Of a stretch of 64,000 bases of DNA, positions 19,617 through 29,813 are shown in pieces. Where the stretch lies: contig JBPOIB010000006.1 of NCBI GenBank assembly GCA_052034935.1, positions 537 to 64,536 of the forward strand. The letters are read 5' to 3'. Each line of letters opens with the position of its first letter. The first letter of the stretch is position 1. A program made the translations under genes and the position numbers. The notes under the pieces were generated by a model. That model saw nothing but the letters and a program-made list of their open reading frames with translations. It ran no database searches and was not told where the DNA came from. Source of the stretch: Candidatus Moraniibacteriota bacterium (GTDB lineage: Bacteria; Patescibacteriota; Minisyncoccia; Moranbacterales; UBA1568).

Positions 19617-21080
19617 ATGCCTACATGGTTCACTTGGAAACGCTTTTTTGTAGTGCTCTTCCTCATCATTATTGCTGCCGGAGCGGGCGCAGCCTATTTC
19701 GCCAAGGACCATACCCAGGAGTTCGCCCTCCAATCCCTTGCCATCGTGACTAAAGTCTCCAAATTCCTCCCCATCGAGGAGGACACAAAGAAGGAGATCG
19801 AGGCAGTAAAACAGCTCGCCGATTTCGCCCTGAAAAAAGATGGGGTGCAGCGCACCTATCTCGTTTTGCTCCAGAATAACCATGAGCTTCGGCCGGGCGG
19901 CGGTTTCCTCGGCCAGTACGCGATTGTGAAGATCAAGGACGGCGAAGTCGTCTCGCTCTTTGTCGAGGATGCCAATCTTCTCGATCAGCGCATTACTGTC
20001 AAGGTCACGCCTCCGTATCCACTCACTAGAAAGCTTGGCTTGAAACGCTGGGAGATGCGCGATTCCAACTTTTCCCCTGACTTCCCGACCAATGCCGCGA
20101 AAGCTGAGTACTTTTATCGGCTCGCCGGCGGCGGACAGAAATTTGATGGCGTTATCGCCGTGAATGCCACCATCCTCGATGACGCGCTCGCCATCACCGG
20201 ACCGATTTCAGTCAGCTATGAGACGTTCGACTACGTCAATGGCAAGTTCGCTCCAAGGATGACCTCCGAGACATTTATGAGTGAGAACGGCGTACTGCGC
20301 CTAGAAGAAGCGGTCGAAAAGAAATTTCTCGTCACCGAAAGCAAGGACATCGAAGTACCGGCCGAGCTCAAACAGAAGCGCAAGAATGTTATGAAAGCTC
20401 TCGCGGCCGAGCTCACAAAACGACTCGCCAGCGTTGATAACATTCCGAAAGCGATCCAGCTCGCCCAAAGTGAGCTCGCTGAGAAAAACATTCAAATCTT
20501 CTTCAAGGACCCAGCACTTCAGACCATCGTTACCGGCGTGAAGTGGAATGGGGCTACCAACACCGACTGGACCAATGATTATCTCATGCTTGTCGACGCC
20601 AATCTCGGTGCCTTGAAGAGTGATGCTTTTGTCGACCGGCGCATCAATTATGAAGTCGACTTCACTGGGGAAAAGCCGATGGCGACCATGACGCACACCT
20701 ACAAGCATCGCGCGACTTACGGCGATTGGCGGACGAGCGACTACCATACGTACCTCCGCGCCTATGTTCCGAAGGGCTCCAAGCTCATCGAACGCAAGCT
20801 CGTCGGTTACCCGCTCACCGATGAGGCCTTCAATAAGACGTATTTCGGTGTCTTCGTCGACGCCGTCATGAATCGCGAAACACCAGGCATGATCAAGTAC
20901 GAGCTCCCTGATACGATCAAAGAGGAAGGCTACCAGCTCATGATCCAGAAGCAGTCCGGCGTCGGCACTATCCCGGTCACTATCACCATCAAGAAAAAAG
21001 ACGGCTCCGTGTTCACACAGTCTCTCGATCTAAAGAAAGATATCGTTCTCGGCTTCAAAGAGGTAGAAGAACGAAAATAG
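19617..21080 (+). CDS. DUF4012 domain protein
   Basis: YLVLLQNNHELRPGGGF and RDSNFSPDFP motifs; N-terminal TM. Confidence 0.85.
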   Translation: MPTWFTWKRFFVVLFLIIIAAGAGAAYFAKDHTQEFALQSLAIVTKVSKFLPIEEDTKKEIEAVKQLADFALKKDGVQRTYLVLLQNNHELRPGGGFLGQYAIVKIKDGEVVSLFVEDANLLDQRITVKVTPPYPLTRKLGLKRWEMRDSNFSPDFPTNAAKAEYFYRLAGGGQKFDGVIAVNATILDDALAITGPISVSYETFDYVNGKFAPRMTSETFMSENGVLRLEEAVEKKFLVTESKDIEVPAELKQKRKNVMKALAAELTKRLASVDNIPKAIQLAQSELAEKNIQIFFKDPALQTIVTGVKWNGATNTDWTNDYLMLVDANLGALKSDAFVDRRINYEVDFTGEKPMATMTHTYKHRATYGDWRTSDYHTYLRAYVPKGSKLIERKLVGYPLTDEAFNKTYFGVFVDAVMNRETPGMIKYELPDTIKEEGYQLMIQKQSGVGTIPVTITIKKKDGSVFTQSLDLKKDIVLGFKEVEERK

Positions 21081-21190
21081 CCAGAATCGAGAAAAATAAG
21101 GGAGCAAATCATGGCTTTTTTATCATTTCTGTCCTATAGTCGGGATGGAAAAGGCTCCGCGAAAGCACTAACCATTCTGTACTTGACCCT

Positions 21191-22447
21191 ATGCAAGACG
21201 CTGCTGAAAAATCACCTGAATTGAACGAATTTGACCATCGCCGCCTCGGAGCTGAGCTCGGACTTTTTACCTTTTCCGACTTGGTCGGCTCCGGCCTCCC
21301 GCTTTGGCTCCCTAAAGGCGCGACGGTGAGACGTATCCTCGAACGCTTCGTCGTCGATACCGAGATTGCTTGGGGCTATTCCCACGTCTACACTCCTGAC
21401 ATTGCCAAGCTTGACCTCTACAAAACTTCAGGCCACTACCCATACTACAAGGACTCGATGTACGCGCCGATCGAAATCGACGAGCACGAGTTCATGCTTC
21501 GGCCGATGACCTGCCCGCACCATTTTGAGCTCTACAAGACAAGGCCGAGAAGCTACCGGGAACTGCCGATGCGGATTGCTGAACTCGCCAAACTCTACCG
21601 CTATGAAGGCTCCGGCGAACTTTCCGGTCTTGTCCGCGTCCGCAGCTTCTGCCTCGCGGATGCCCACATAGTCTGCACAGACCGCGACCAGGCAGCGAGC
21701 GAGGTAGACCGTGCGCTCGACCTCATCGAACACATCGCGACTATTTTCGGGCTCAAGCTCGGCGAAAATTACTCATACCGGCTTTCCCTCGGTGATCGCA
21801 CCGACGACAAGAAATACTACAAGAATGATGCGGCCTGGGATGAGGGCGAAGTAATGCTCCGAGAAGTGCTCACGAAGCGCGGTGGCGCATTCGTCGAAGC
21901 GGTCGGTGAAGCTGCTTTCTATGGACCGAAAATCGACATCCAGATGGTCGACGCGCGAGGTAAAGAAAATACCGCCTTCACTGTCCAATACGACTTCTGC
22001 ATGCCGGACCGCTTCGATCTCGCCTACATCGCTCCTGATGGCACCGAAAAAAGACCGGTCGTCGTCCATCGTTCCTCGGTCGGTGCCATCGAGCGTGTTA
22101 TGGCTTTTCTTATCGAGCATTACAAAGGTGCTTTCCCTCTCTGGCTCGCACCCGTCCAAGTGAAGGTACTGCCAATCAGTGAAAAGCACTCCGATTATGC
22201 TGAATCAGTGGTAGCAGAGCTCCTGAAAGTGGGCATCCGGGCCGAGCTCGACCAAAGCGACGAGTCGCTCGGGAAAAAAGTCCGGAATGCAAAGACTGAG
22301 AAGATCCCCTACTTCGTCGTTCTCGGCGACCAGGAAGTCACGGCTGGTACGCTCAGCGTCGAGCACCGGGCTGAGGGAAAGATTGGTGCACTTTCGCTCC
22401 CCGCTTTTCTCGCTCGGCTTGCCGAAGAAGTCAGCCAAAAAAAGTAA
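21191..22447 (+). CDS. thrS: Threonine--tRNA ligase (no N-terminal editing domain)
   Basis: DHRRLG, RPMTCPHH, AFYGPKID and VVHRS motifs; only 418 aa. Confidence 0.95.
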   Translation: MQDAAEKSPELNEFDHRRLGAELGLFTFSDLVGSGLPLWLPKGATVRRILERFVVDTEIAWGYSHVYTPDIAKLDLYKTSGHYPYYKDSMYAPIEIDEHEFMLRPMTCPHHFELYKTRPRSYRELPMRIAELAKLYRYEGSGELSGLVRVRSFCLADAHIVCTDRDQAASEVDRALDLIEHIATIFGLKLGENYSYRLSLGDRTDDKKYYKNDAAWDEGEVMLREVLTKRGGAFVEAVGEAAFYGPKIDIQMVDARGKENTAFTVQYDFCMPDRFDLAYIAPDGTEKRPVVVHRSSVGAIERVMAFLIEHYKGAFPLWLAPVQVKVLPISEKHSDYAESVVAELLKVGIRAELDQSDESLGKKVRNAKTEKIPYFVVLGDQEVTAGTLSVEHRAEGKIGALSLPAFLARLAEEVSQKK

Positions 22448-22459
22448 TCATCAAAGCCT

Positions 22460-22738
22460 ATGCTCTGGATTTTCGATGCTGCAACCGGGAAACGGGTCAC
22501 CAAGGAGGAATTCCGCGAATCAGTCATCCCAAGGCTTCGGAGCAGAGGGCTTTCCAATGACGATATCGATTTCGTCCGGACAGCTATCGATGGAGCACTA
22601 AACGAGGGCGGGATGCAGAGTGGCGTCACCGAAGAAGAAATCGAGCAGCTCATCGAGACTATGCAAAAGAATGCACCAGATCACTTCTCGGACGAGAACC
22701 TGAAGAAAGTCGAGGAGGAGCTCCGTCGCAAACTCTAG
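22460..22738 (+). CDS. Hypothetical protein
   Basis: 92-aa ORF just after thrS, followed by a terminator hairpin near 22746-22783. Confidence 0.7.
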   Translation: MLWIFDAATGKRVTKEEFRESVIPRLRSRGLSNDDIDFVRTAIDGALNEGGMQSGVTEEEIEQLIETMQKNAPDHFSDENLKKVEEELRRKL

Positions 22739-22808
22739 CTGAATCAAAAATCCCGGGACCGCTGAGAGTTCCGGGATTTTTTCTACTAAAAATAGGCCTC
22801 TCTCTTCT

Positions 22809-23396
22809 TCACTCGGAACACGCCGCCGGATTCCACCGGCCCCTCTCTTCTTGTCGTGCTGAATTTTCTGCTCGATCGAGAATCTCTTGCTTGGCCGTAT
22901 CGGGCTTGTATACAACCGATTCCGCATAGCCTCCTTGGACGAGTGTTTCATTGATGAAAACATCACCGAGATACGCATAGCGGAGAAGTCGCGCGTAACG
23001 GTCACGATCGGTCCGGTCACGTTCGAGTCGCACTCGCTTTCCCTCGATCAGAGTTTTCAGATACTCGCTTGATTCTTTCCCAAAGCACTCGATTTTGGTA
23101 TTTGGATTCACGGTTTCAGGCGTATCGATACCGATCAGCCGGACTCGTTCCCCTCCCTCAATCTCGAAGGTATCGCCATCAACCACTCGGACGACAAGTA
23201 CCTCGGGTGGGTCGCCTGGGACCGCAGGATGAGCTTGGGACGAAACTGTCTCATCCTTTGGTAGCGTCGCCAGGCTATTTCCGAAAAAGAGTGTCGCAAC
23301 GAAAGCGACGACTAAGAGGATCTGGTAGTTCCGTCTCCCCAAAAGCTGCCGCAAGAGAGCGGTTGACGCTTTAGCGTTGTTCAAAGTGTCGGACAT
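22809..23396 (-). CDS. Thermonuclease (SNase) family protein
   Basis: RVVDGDT, VRLIGIDTPE and DRYARLLRY motifs. Confidence 0.92.
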   Translation of the reverse strand: MSDTLNNAKASTALLRQLLGRRNYQILLVVAFVATLFFGNSLATLPKDETVSSQAHPAVPGDPPEVLVVRVVDGDTFEIEGGERVRLIGIDTPETVNPNTKIECFGKESSEYLKTLIEGKRVRLERDRTDRDRYARLLRYAYLGDVFINETLVQGGYAESVVYKPDTAKQEILDRAENSARQEERGRWNPAACSE

Positions 23397-25890
23397 AGTA
23401 TCGCTTCACGCACTCGGTTGTAACAAAGTAAAGCACCGAAAGAGCAAGAACCACAAGCATGATATGGCCGCTCTCAGGAGCAAAGCGGAACACCTTCGAG
23501 CCGAAAGAACTTTCAATGAGCACCAAAGCTGCTATAAGCGCCACAATCGAGAGCCCGATGAGCGTCCAAGACGGACGACGAGCAGAAAGGAAGAACAATT
23601 TTGTTCGAAGCGAAAAGATGAGAATGATCTCGGTAATGAGTGAGAGGAGAAACCAGGCCGTCTGGAGCGCCGCGGGACCTTCTTTGTAAAACATCGCGAA
23701 GAGGGCGAAGTCAAAGAGTGAGCTGACGAAACCGAAGAAAACGGTCATGAGCACGATCGATCCAACCTGGTATGAGCGCGGCCGTTCGAGCTCATCATGG
23801 TCGACATTGTCGGTCGCGACGGCCAGCATAGGGAAATCCGAAAGGAGGTTCAGGACGAGGATCTGGATCGGGAGAAGAGGAACAAAGGGAAGAAAGAGTG
23901 AGGCGAGAGCGACCGAATAAAAATTTCCGAAATTCGAAGTGAGTGTGATCCGCAGATACTTCAGAATATTGGCAAAGATGATCCTCCCCTCGCGCACGCC
24001 ATCGATAGCCGTTTCGAGATTGCGCTGCAACAGAACGATGTCGGCTGATTCTTTGGCGATATCAGCCGCGCCCTGTACCACGATACCGACATTGGCAAGT
24101 TTGAGGGCTGCAGCGTCATTAATCCCCTCGCCCAAAAATCCGACCTCATGCTTTTCCTGGAGCAGCCCGATGATGAGGTGCTTCTGCTGAGGGGAAACGC
24201 GGGCGAAGACATGGCATCTTTCGACCCGTTCCCGCTGCTCAGCCGATGACAATGCTTCGAGCTCCGCACCGGTAATTACTTCCTCGCGCACATCCGTTAT
24301 CAAACCGACTGCCTGTGCGACTGCGGCGGCCACATCCCGACTATCTCCGGTCACAATCTTCACGGCGATGCCGAGTAAGCGAGCATCAGCAATTGCCTTT
24401 TCGGCAGACTTTTTCAGCGGATCGAGGAAGGCAATCAGACCAACATACAAGAGTTTGTCTTCAAGCTCTGGAGCGATCAGTCGTTTCCGCGGAAGCGATC
24501 GGACAGCGACCGCGAGTACTCGTTTTCCTTCCTTGCCGGCGGCATTTCCCCACTCAACGAGCTCCTCTCGCTCTTTTTCAGAAAGATCATCGCAGCGGCC
24601 GAGAACCTCTTCGAATGCCCCACGAACGATTAGCGTCGTCTTGCGGTCAATCTGGGCGAGTACGCTGTTACGGCGGCGGCCCGGATCGAACGGGAGCGTA
24701 TCGATACGAGCGATACCGGCGATTCGGATCCGCTCTGCTTCGGTCACCGCGTGCCAGACGGCCAGATCAAACGGGTCACGGAGGAGCGAGCGATGGATGG
24801 GCGCTTCGACCGAAGCGACGCTCGCGAGGCGTAGGCAAAGTTCGCGATCCTTCGCATTCACATCGGCTACTGCTAGGGCATTCTCGGTCAATGTCCCCGT
24901 CTTGTCGGTGCAGAGCACGCTGATACTGCCGAGATCCTCGATCGCCGAAAGCCGTTTCACGACCACCTTCTTCTGGGCGAGGCGGAGTGACCCTCTCGAG
25001 AGCGTCACGGCCGTGATGACCGGCAGTGCCTCCGGTATCACCGAGACGGCAAGTGCGAGCGAGAAGATAAGTAGCTCAGCGATGTCTGTCTCTCCTCTCC
25101 GAAGCAGAACATTCGCGATGAAAATAAAGAAAAGTGTCCCGGCGACAAGGCGAAGGATGAAACGGCTGAAGTGGTTGATCCCTTTCTCGAAGCTACTTTC
25201 ATGCCGCGGTTCCTCGGTGAGTGTCGCGATATCACCGAGTGATGACTTTTTTCCCGTCGCGATTACTACGCCTTCGCCCCGACCCGAGACAACTACCGTT
25301 CCAGCGAAACCGATATTGACCCCATCGGACATATTCACTTTCGGAAATTTGAGTGCTTCATGGTGCTTGAACACGGAGACCGTTTCGCCGCTAATGACGC
25401 TCTCGTCAATGGTGAGCGAGCGGGTCAGAAAGAATCTGAGATCGGCAGCGAGGCGGTCACCCGCTTCGACGATGACGATGTCTCCGGGAACGACCTCATG
25501 GCTTTCAATCTGGATAATCTCTCCAGACCGGCGGACTCGCACATGGGAAATAAGGTACCGGCGCAGGAGCCGAATACTCCGTTCCGAGTGGTACTCCTGG
25601 TAGCTCTCAAGACCGATATTGATGAGGATGAAGAGAAGGATGAGGCTCGCCTCAAGACGTTCGCCAAGAGCGAACGACAGTGCAGCGGCGGCGAGAAGCA
25701 GATACAAAAACGACGACCGGAACCGGCGCTTGATGAGCGCTGGCCAGGGAGAGACCTCTTTGGACAGACGGTTCGGCCCATACTCAGTGAGACGCTCTTT
25801 GACTTCGGTTTGAGAGAGACCGCTCCGCCGTGAACGCATCTCGACGATCACGTCTTCTGGCTCAGGGAGAGTCATCTTTTTCCAGTACAT
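23371..25890 (-). CDS. mgtA: P-type cation-transporting ATPase (Mg2+-importing MgtA-like)
   Basis: DKTGTLT, PEALP, TGD and SNFGN motifs; ATDNVD. Confidence 0.8.
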   Translation of the reverse strand: MYWKKMTLPEPEDVIVEMRSRRSGLSQTEVKERLTEYGPNRLSKEVSPWPALIKRRFRSSFLYLLLAAAALSFALGERLEASLILLFILINIGLESYQEYHSERSIRLLRRYLISHVRVRRSGEIIQIESHEVVPGDIVIVEAGDRLAADLRFFLTRSLTIDESVISGETVSVFKHHEALKFPKVNMSDGVNIGFAGTVVVSGRGEGVVIATGKKSSLGDIATLTEEPRHESSFEKGINHFSRFILRLVAGTLFFIFIANVLLRRGETDIAELLIFSLALAVSVIPEALPVITAVTLSRGSLRLAQKKVVVKRLSAIEDLGSISVLCTDKTGTLTENALAVADVNAKDRELCLRLASVASVEAPIHRSLLRDPFDLAVWHAVTEAERIRIAGIARIDTLPFDPGRRRNSVLAQIDRKTTLIVRGAFEEVLGRCDDLSEKEREELVEWGNAAGKEGKRVLAVAVRSLPRKRLIAPELEDKLLYVGLIAFLDPLKKSAEKAIADARLLGIAVKIVTGDSRDVAAAVAQAVGLITDVREEVITGAELEALSSAEQRERVERCHVFARVSPQQKHLIIGLLQEKHEVGFLGEGINDAAALKLANVGIVVQGAADIAKESADIVLLQRNLETAIDGVREGRIIFANILKYLRITLTSNFGNFYSVALASLFLPFVPLLPIQILVLNLLSDFPMLAVATDNVDHDELERPRSYQVGSIVLMTVFFGFVSSLFDFALFAMFYKEGPAALQTAWFLLSLITEIILIFSLRTKLFFLSARRPSWTLIGLSIVALIAALVLIESSFGSKVFRFAPESGHIMLVVLALSVLYFVTTECVKRYYVRHFEQR

Positions 25891-25979
25891 ATCCGATTGC
25901 ACGCCCCCCCATTCTCTCTCAAAGAAGACCAGGAAGCCGCTTTTAATGTGTTTTTGTTTTGTGCCTCCGAAACCGGGTT

Positions 25980-26321
25980 TCACCCCGTAGTATAGAAACG
26001 CTTATGATTCGCTTTCTCCTGGAGTGCCACTACCGCCTTGAAGTCATCACCCTCAACCATTTTGTTTTTCCGCTCATGTCCGCAGAGGATGCAGCGATGG
26101 AGAATTTTCCACGAATCACCGAAAGGCTCAACTGTGATTGGCTCCATGAGTCCGCCGCAATCAGCTGCCCGGTCGCCTGGATGAATATCGACATGCTGAC
26201 TGTAGAGGCAGCGCGGACAATGATTGGTATAACCCGTTCCCTCGACGGAAAGCGAACAATGCCCGCAGACAAAATCTTCGGCGCGTCGCTGAAACCGCTT
26301 CGTGGAGGACTCTTCCTGCAT
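25980..26321 (-). CDS. RNHCP domain protein
   Basis: F.C..C, TNHCPRCLYSQHVD..PGDR..CGG.M motif. Confidence 0.88.
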   Translation of the reverse strand: MQEESSTKRFQRRAEDFVCGHCSLSVEGTGYTNHCPRCLYSQHVDIHPGDRAADCGGLMEPITVEPFGDSWKILHRCILCGHERKNKMVEGDDFKAVVALQEKANHKRFYTTG

Positions 26322-26348
26322 ACTGTTAGTATACCATCGCTCCCCGGT

Positions 26349-27605
26349 CTATTTTCTAATTATTTCATTGATGACATCCTCGTCCTGACAGGAATACTTC
26401 CGATGGGCCGAATAGTATCGTTTCTTCGGACCATAGCAGCCATCATTTTCCCGATGGAGCGTCGCCAAAAGCGGGAGGAGAAAACCGACATTCTGTTTCT
26501 TGAACCGACTATGCAGACGACTCATCGTCTCAGCCCGCTTCTCCTTGCTCATCCGGGTGAAAACACTCATATCGTCTCCGATTTTTCCGCTCCAGTCGAA
26601 ATGAACGAAAACGTTTTTCGCTTTGTCCTTGTAGAGCGGATGCCAAAGCAAGGCCCAGCACCAATCGCCCGGCCCCTGCCACCAGCGGCTGTGACACGGA
26701 TTGTCCTGGACATCGCCATTACTGTTGATCCCCACGCCACCCTCGATGAAATCAAAGTAGCTGAGATACGTCGGGTCGGTGATGTCATTGGTTTGCGCGC
26801 CGATGATGATTTCCATTCCCCGGAATTCGGCGTACTCGCGCATATCGCGAATGATTTCAGGGATGATCGCCTGCGTTAAATCCTTCTTCTCCTGGTAAAA
26901 GATCTGCCCGAAGAGAAAGCTCTGTATACCCATATCCATCGCCCGCTCCGTGATGTATTTCAGGTATTTTCGATACTCCTCACTCTCAAACGATGGCTTA
27001 CAACTATGTTCCCCCCAATAATTCTTCGACCCATCCCGACACATATCCTTGAAGTTGAAATCCCGCTCTTCCGCTGGAAAGTAATAATCCTCGTTCGTCG
27101 CGATCGCCTCGGCGATGAACATACCGTATACGGCCGGCTCTGTCCGTTCGACCTTGGACAGGATTTCCCGGGCGTCCTTGAAGTCGGGTGCTTGGAGCCA
27201 AGTCTCAAGCGCTCGATGAAAATAGTAGCACTCCGAACGGCTGACCAGCGCAGCAGAGCTGTTGATATCATCGCCGTAACCAGAGAGGAAACCATCCGCG
27301 ACGCAGCCTTCCTCCTTCATCTGCTCTATCGAAGGCGGCGGTGGCGGTGGCAGCGGTGGCAGATCAAGAAGTTTCTCAATCGGCGTTTCAGTCGTATCTT
27401 CAACGAGCTCCATCACCGGCTCCGGCGTGACCCACTCCGACAAGGGCTGTGGGTTGGGTGCAAAATCTGATTCTGAAAGCTTTTTTGGCTTCACAAAAAA
27501 GTATGTCCCGCCAACTGCAAAACAGATGATGAGTCCCACCATCACTGCCTGAAGAGAGAGAAGACGCTTTTCCCTCCGGTCCATTTTTTGACGAAAGGCA
27601 AGCAT
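26349..27605 (-). CDS. Membrane-anchored hypothetical protein
   Basis: N-terminal TM, poly-Pro linker, large aromatic-rich domain. Confidence 0.75.
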   Translation of the reverse strand: MLAFRQKMDRREKRLLSLQAVMVGLIICFAVGGTYFFVKPKKLSESDFAPNPQPLSEWVTPEPVMELVEDTTETPIEKLLDLPPLPPPPPPSIEQMKEEGCVADGFLSGYGDDINSSAALVSRSECYYFHRALETWLQAPDFKDAREILSKVERTEPAVYGMFIAEAIATNEDYYFPAEERDFNFKDMCRDGSKNYWGEHSCKPSFESEEYRKYLKYITERAMDMGIQSFLFGQIFYQEKKDLTQAIIPEIIRDMREYAEFRGMEIIIGAQTNDITDPTYLSYFDFIEGGVGINSNGDVQDNPCHSRWWQGPGDWCWALLWHPLYKDKAKNVFVHFDWSGKIGDDMSVFTRMSKEKRAETMSRLHSRFKKQNVGFLLPLLATLHRENDGCYGPKKRYYSAHRKYSCQDEDVINEIIRK

Positions 27606-27674
27606 ATTGGTCCCACTAGTATAGCGCGAAAAGAAAAAAGCCTCGAGCGAGGCTTTTTTATATTTTATTACTTG

Positions 27675-27745
27675 AGCGAGAGACGGGAATCGAACCCGCG
27701 TAGTCAGCTTGGAAGGCTGATGCACTACCATTGTGCTACTCTCGC
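27675..27745 (-). tRNA. tRNA-Gly(TCC)
   Basis: Cloverleaf; anticodon loop CTTCCAA. Confidence 0.93.
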
Positions 27746-27752
27746 GGAATAT

Positions 27753-28502
27753 TTATTTGGTTGCCTGATTGGCTGACGCCATGCCGGTGAAGGGATCATT
27801 GACGAATCGTTCTTTGGAAACGCCAAGGGAAACAAGCATCGTCTCCATCGCTTCGATGAAAGCTGGTGCTCCGACGAGATAGTACCAATTTCCCGCCAGC
27901 TCTTCGGCCGGAAGATATTTTTTGAGCATATCTTCGCAGATGTATCCGCGCTCGTCGTTCGTCCCGGTACACGGGATCGTTTCCTGGGAAAAAGTCGTTA
28001 CATACTGGTAGTCCGGGAGACTAAGACTTTTCAGTTCGTCATTGAATGCTGCATCTTTGATCATTCGGTTCGAGTAGAAGAAGATCATCGGACGAGCCAG
28101 TCCATCATGCGCCGATTGGACCAGGATGCTCCGGATCGGGGTCACACCGATGCCACCGGCGAGAAAGACAATCCGCTTATCATCGGCTGCATGCGAGAGG
28201 GTGAAGTGACCGATCGGCTTCGTCGCCTGGGCGACTTCGCCCGGCTCGAGTGCCATCAAGGTCTGTTTGTAGCCGCTCTCGGTGATCCGGACCGCGAACA
28301 TCAGATCTTCCTCGCAAGGCGCCGAAGAGATCGAGAGCGAACGCACCGGCCCCCGCTTATCCGCTGCGACGAGACGTGGTAAAACGAGCGCCACATACTG
28401 CCCCGCCTCGAAGACAAAATCAGCCGGTTTCTCGAAATGAAACGCCCAGGTGCCATCAGCAATCTGGGACTTCGATTTGAATTTCAGGGAAAAATTAGCC
28501 AT
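27753..28502 (-). CDS. FAD/NAD(P)-binding oxidoreductase (ferredoxin reductase family)
   Basis: F.AGQY, RSLSISS and LAGGIGVTP motifs. Confidence 0.88.
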   Translation of the reverse strand: MANFSLKFKSKSQIADGTWAFHFEKPADFVFEAGQYVALVLPRLVAADKRGPVRSLSISSAPCEEDLMFAVRITESGYKQTLMALEPGEVAQATKPIGHFTLSHAADDKRIVFLAGGIGVTPIRSILVQSAHDGLARPMIFFYSNRMIKDAAFNDELKSLSLPDYQYVTTFSQETIPCTGTNDERGYICEDMLKKYLPAEELAGNWYYLVGAPAFIEAMETMLVSLGVSKERFVNDPFTGMASANQATK

Positions 28503-28606
28503 AACGAGCCTATTGTAGCCATTCCGGCAGGCGAAGTCAAAGCTTCTCACGGGCCGCTCACCCAGCTATGATGCAGAGAGAATCAGCTGTCATAACCTCC
28601 TCCTCT

Positions 28607-29047
28607 ATGAAAATCCATGAACTTGGTCATGTTGTCCTCTATGTTTCTGACCTCGAACGCTCCCGCGCTTTCTACCGCGATACTCTCGGCTTCCCCGAGA
28701 TCGAAAGCGAGATGCGCGGCGGTGCCCTCTTCACTACCGGCCGCACCCACCATGAGCTGCTCCTCATCGAAATCGGCGGTATTCCCCGGCCCAAACATGT
28801 CCCGGAACCAGGTCTCTACCATATCGGACTGAAGATTGGGGATACCGATGAAGAGCTCCGCCAGGCACAGCAGGAACTCGAAAGAGCAGGTGTCACTATT
28901 GTCGGCACCGCCGATCACACCGTCACCCATAGCCTCTACATCCTCGATCCGGACAGCAATGAACTCGAGCTCTATGCTGATGTCTCCGATGTCTGGAAAA
29001 CCGATCCTTCCGCCGTTGCTCGCCCAACTCAGCATCTCGAACTGTAA
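28607..29047 (+). CDS. VOC/glyoxalase family protein
   Basis: LGHVVLYVSDLERSRAFY, GLYHIG and SLYILDPD.NELELY motifs. Confidence 0.9.
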   Translation: MKIHELGHVVLYVSDLERSRAFYRDTLGFPEIESEMRGGALFTTGRTHHELLLIEIGGIPRPKHVPEPGLYHIGLKIGDTDEELRQAQQELERAGVTIVGTADHTVTHSLYILDPDSNELELYADVSDVWKTDPSAVARPTQHLEL

Positions 29048-29067
29048 AAAAGTTTCATATAAAAATT

Positions 29068-29100
29068 GAAAGGCCCCAACGATGGATCTCGTGTGGGGCC
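29068..29100 (-). terminator. Terminator of unit A
   Basis: ggcccca...gatccat...tggggcc followed by tttc and a T-rich run. Confidence 0.65.
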
Positions 29101-29234
29101 AGTCTTGAATTCAACTGAGCGGGGCGAGGTTCTTGGAACCCCAGGACCGTGTCATTGAGTAGCCCGAGTAAGACTACTTTAAGTCGATGAAGGCTTACGC
29201 TCCTAGGAGGAACAACCTTTCTTCGAGCTCCGGA

Positions 29235-29276
29235 TTAGTTGCGATCCGGGCGTTTGCTGGAACGGGAATAGACCAT
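29235..29276 (-). CDS. Putative 13-aa basic peptide MVYSRSSKRPDRN
   Basis: GAGGAG SD upstream; position parallels the peptide in unit B. Confidence 0.3.
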   Translation of the reverse strand: MVYSRSSKRPDRN

Positions 29277-29339
29277 CCCTCTTCTCCTCAATGGTTGATG
29301 CGACGCTTGTTGCCGCGTTGTGATGACACAGGGTCACCG

Positions 29340-29573
29340 TCATGTGGGGCGCGCACGCTCCAGTGCCAGCATTCCGTGGGCCAGAACCACGTGCTCGACG
29401 ATGGCGACAGCGGGCGCGGCCGGAGCAGGACTCAGGAGCAGTCCTTCCCCTGGCAGCGCAGCCTGGCCGTCCGATCGGCGATCAACCGCGATCGACTCAT
29501 GCTGGGCGAATCTCGCCGAGAAGAGTACGAAAGCGACAGATGCCGCGACGGACAGGCAACGGGCGAGACTCAT
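29340..29573 (-). CDS. Small hypothetical protein (77 aa)
   Basis: AAAGGAGG SD; hydrophobic N-terminus. Confidence 0.55.
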   Translation of the reverse strand: MSLARCLSVAASVAFVLFSARFAQHESIAVDRRSDGQAALPGEGLLLSPAPAAPAVAIVEHVVLAHGMLALERARPT

Positions 29574-29672
29574 GGGCCTCCTTTCTCTTACGCGGGCCCA
29601 ATCACGAGCGATGTTTTCCGTCAGTCAGACCGACGGAGCATCTCGCAAGTGAACGACCCAGCCGCCGCACGT

Positions 29673-29813
29673 TCAGGCCTGGAAGGCCATCGGCACAGCG
29701 TTGGCCACCAGGCTGCCCAGCACCAGCGTGGTGCCGGCGCCGATGCGGCCGTTCTTGACGTCGAACGTGATGACCAGCGCGCCGAAGTGGTTCTTGGCGG
29801 CGACGTGGTTCAC
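29673..29813 (-). CDS. Small ORF (46 aa), or the 3' half of a frameshifted gene
   Basis: GTG overlaps the upstream TGA (GTGA); very high GC3; IGAGT motif shared with 30390-30746. Confidence 0.55.
   Translation of the reverse strand: MNHVAAKNHFGALVITFDVKNGRIGAGTTLVLGSLVANAVPMAFQA

Noticed and set aside
24368-25603. 411-aa Ser/Arg-rich plus-strand ORF
   Set aside because: Shadow of the P-type ATPase.
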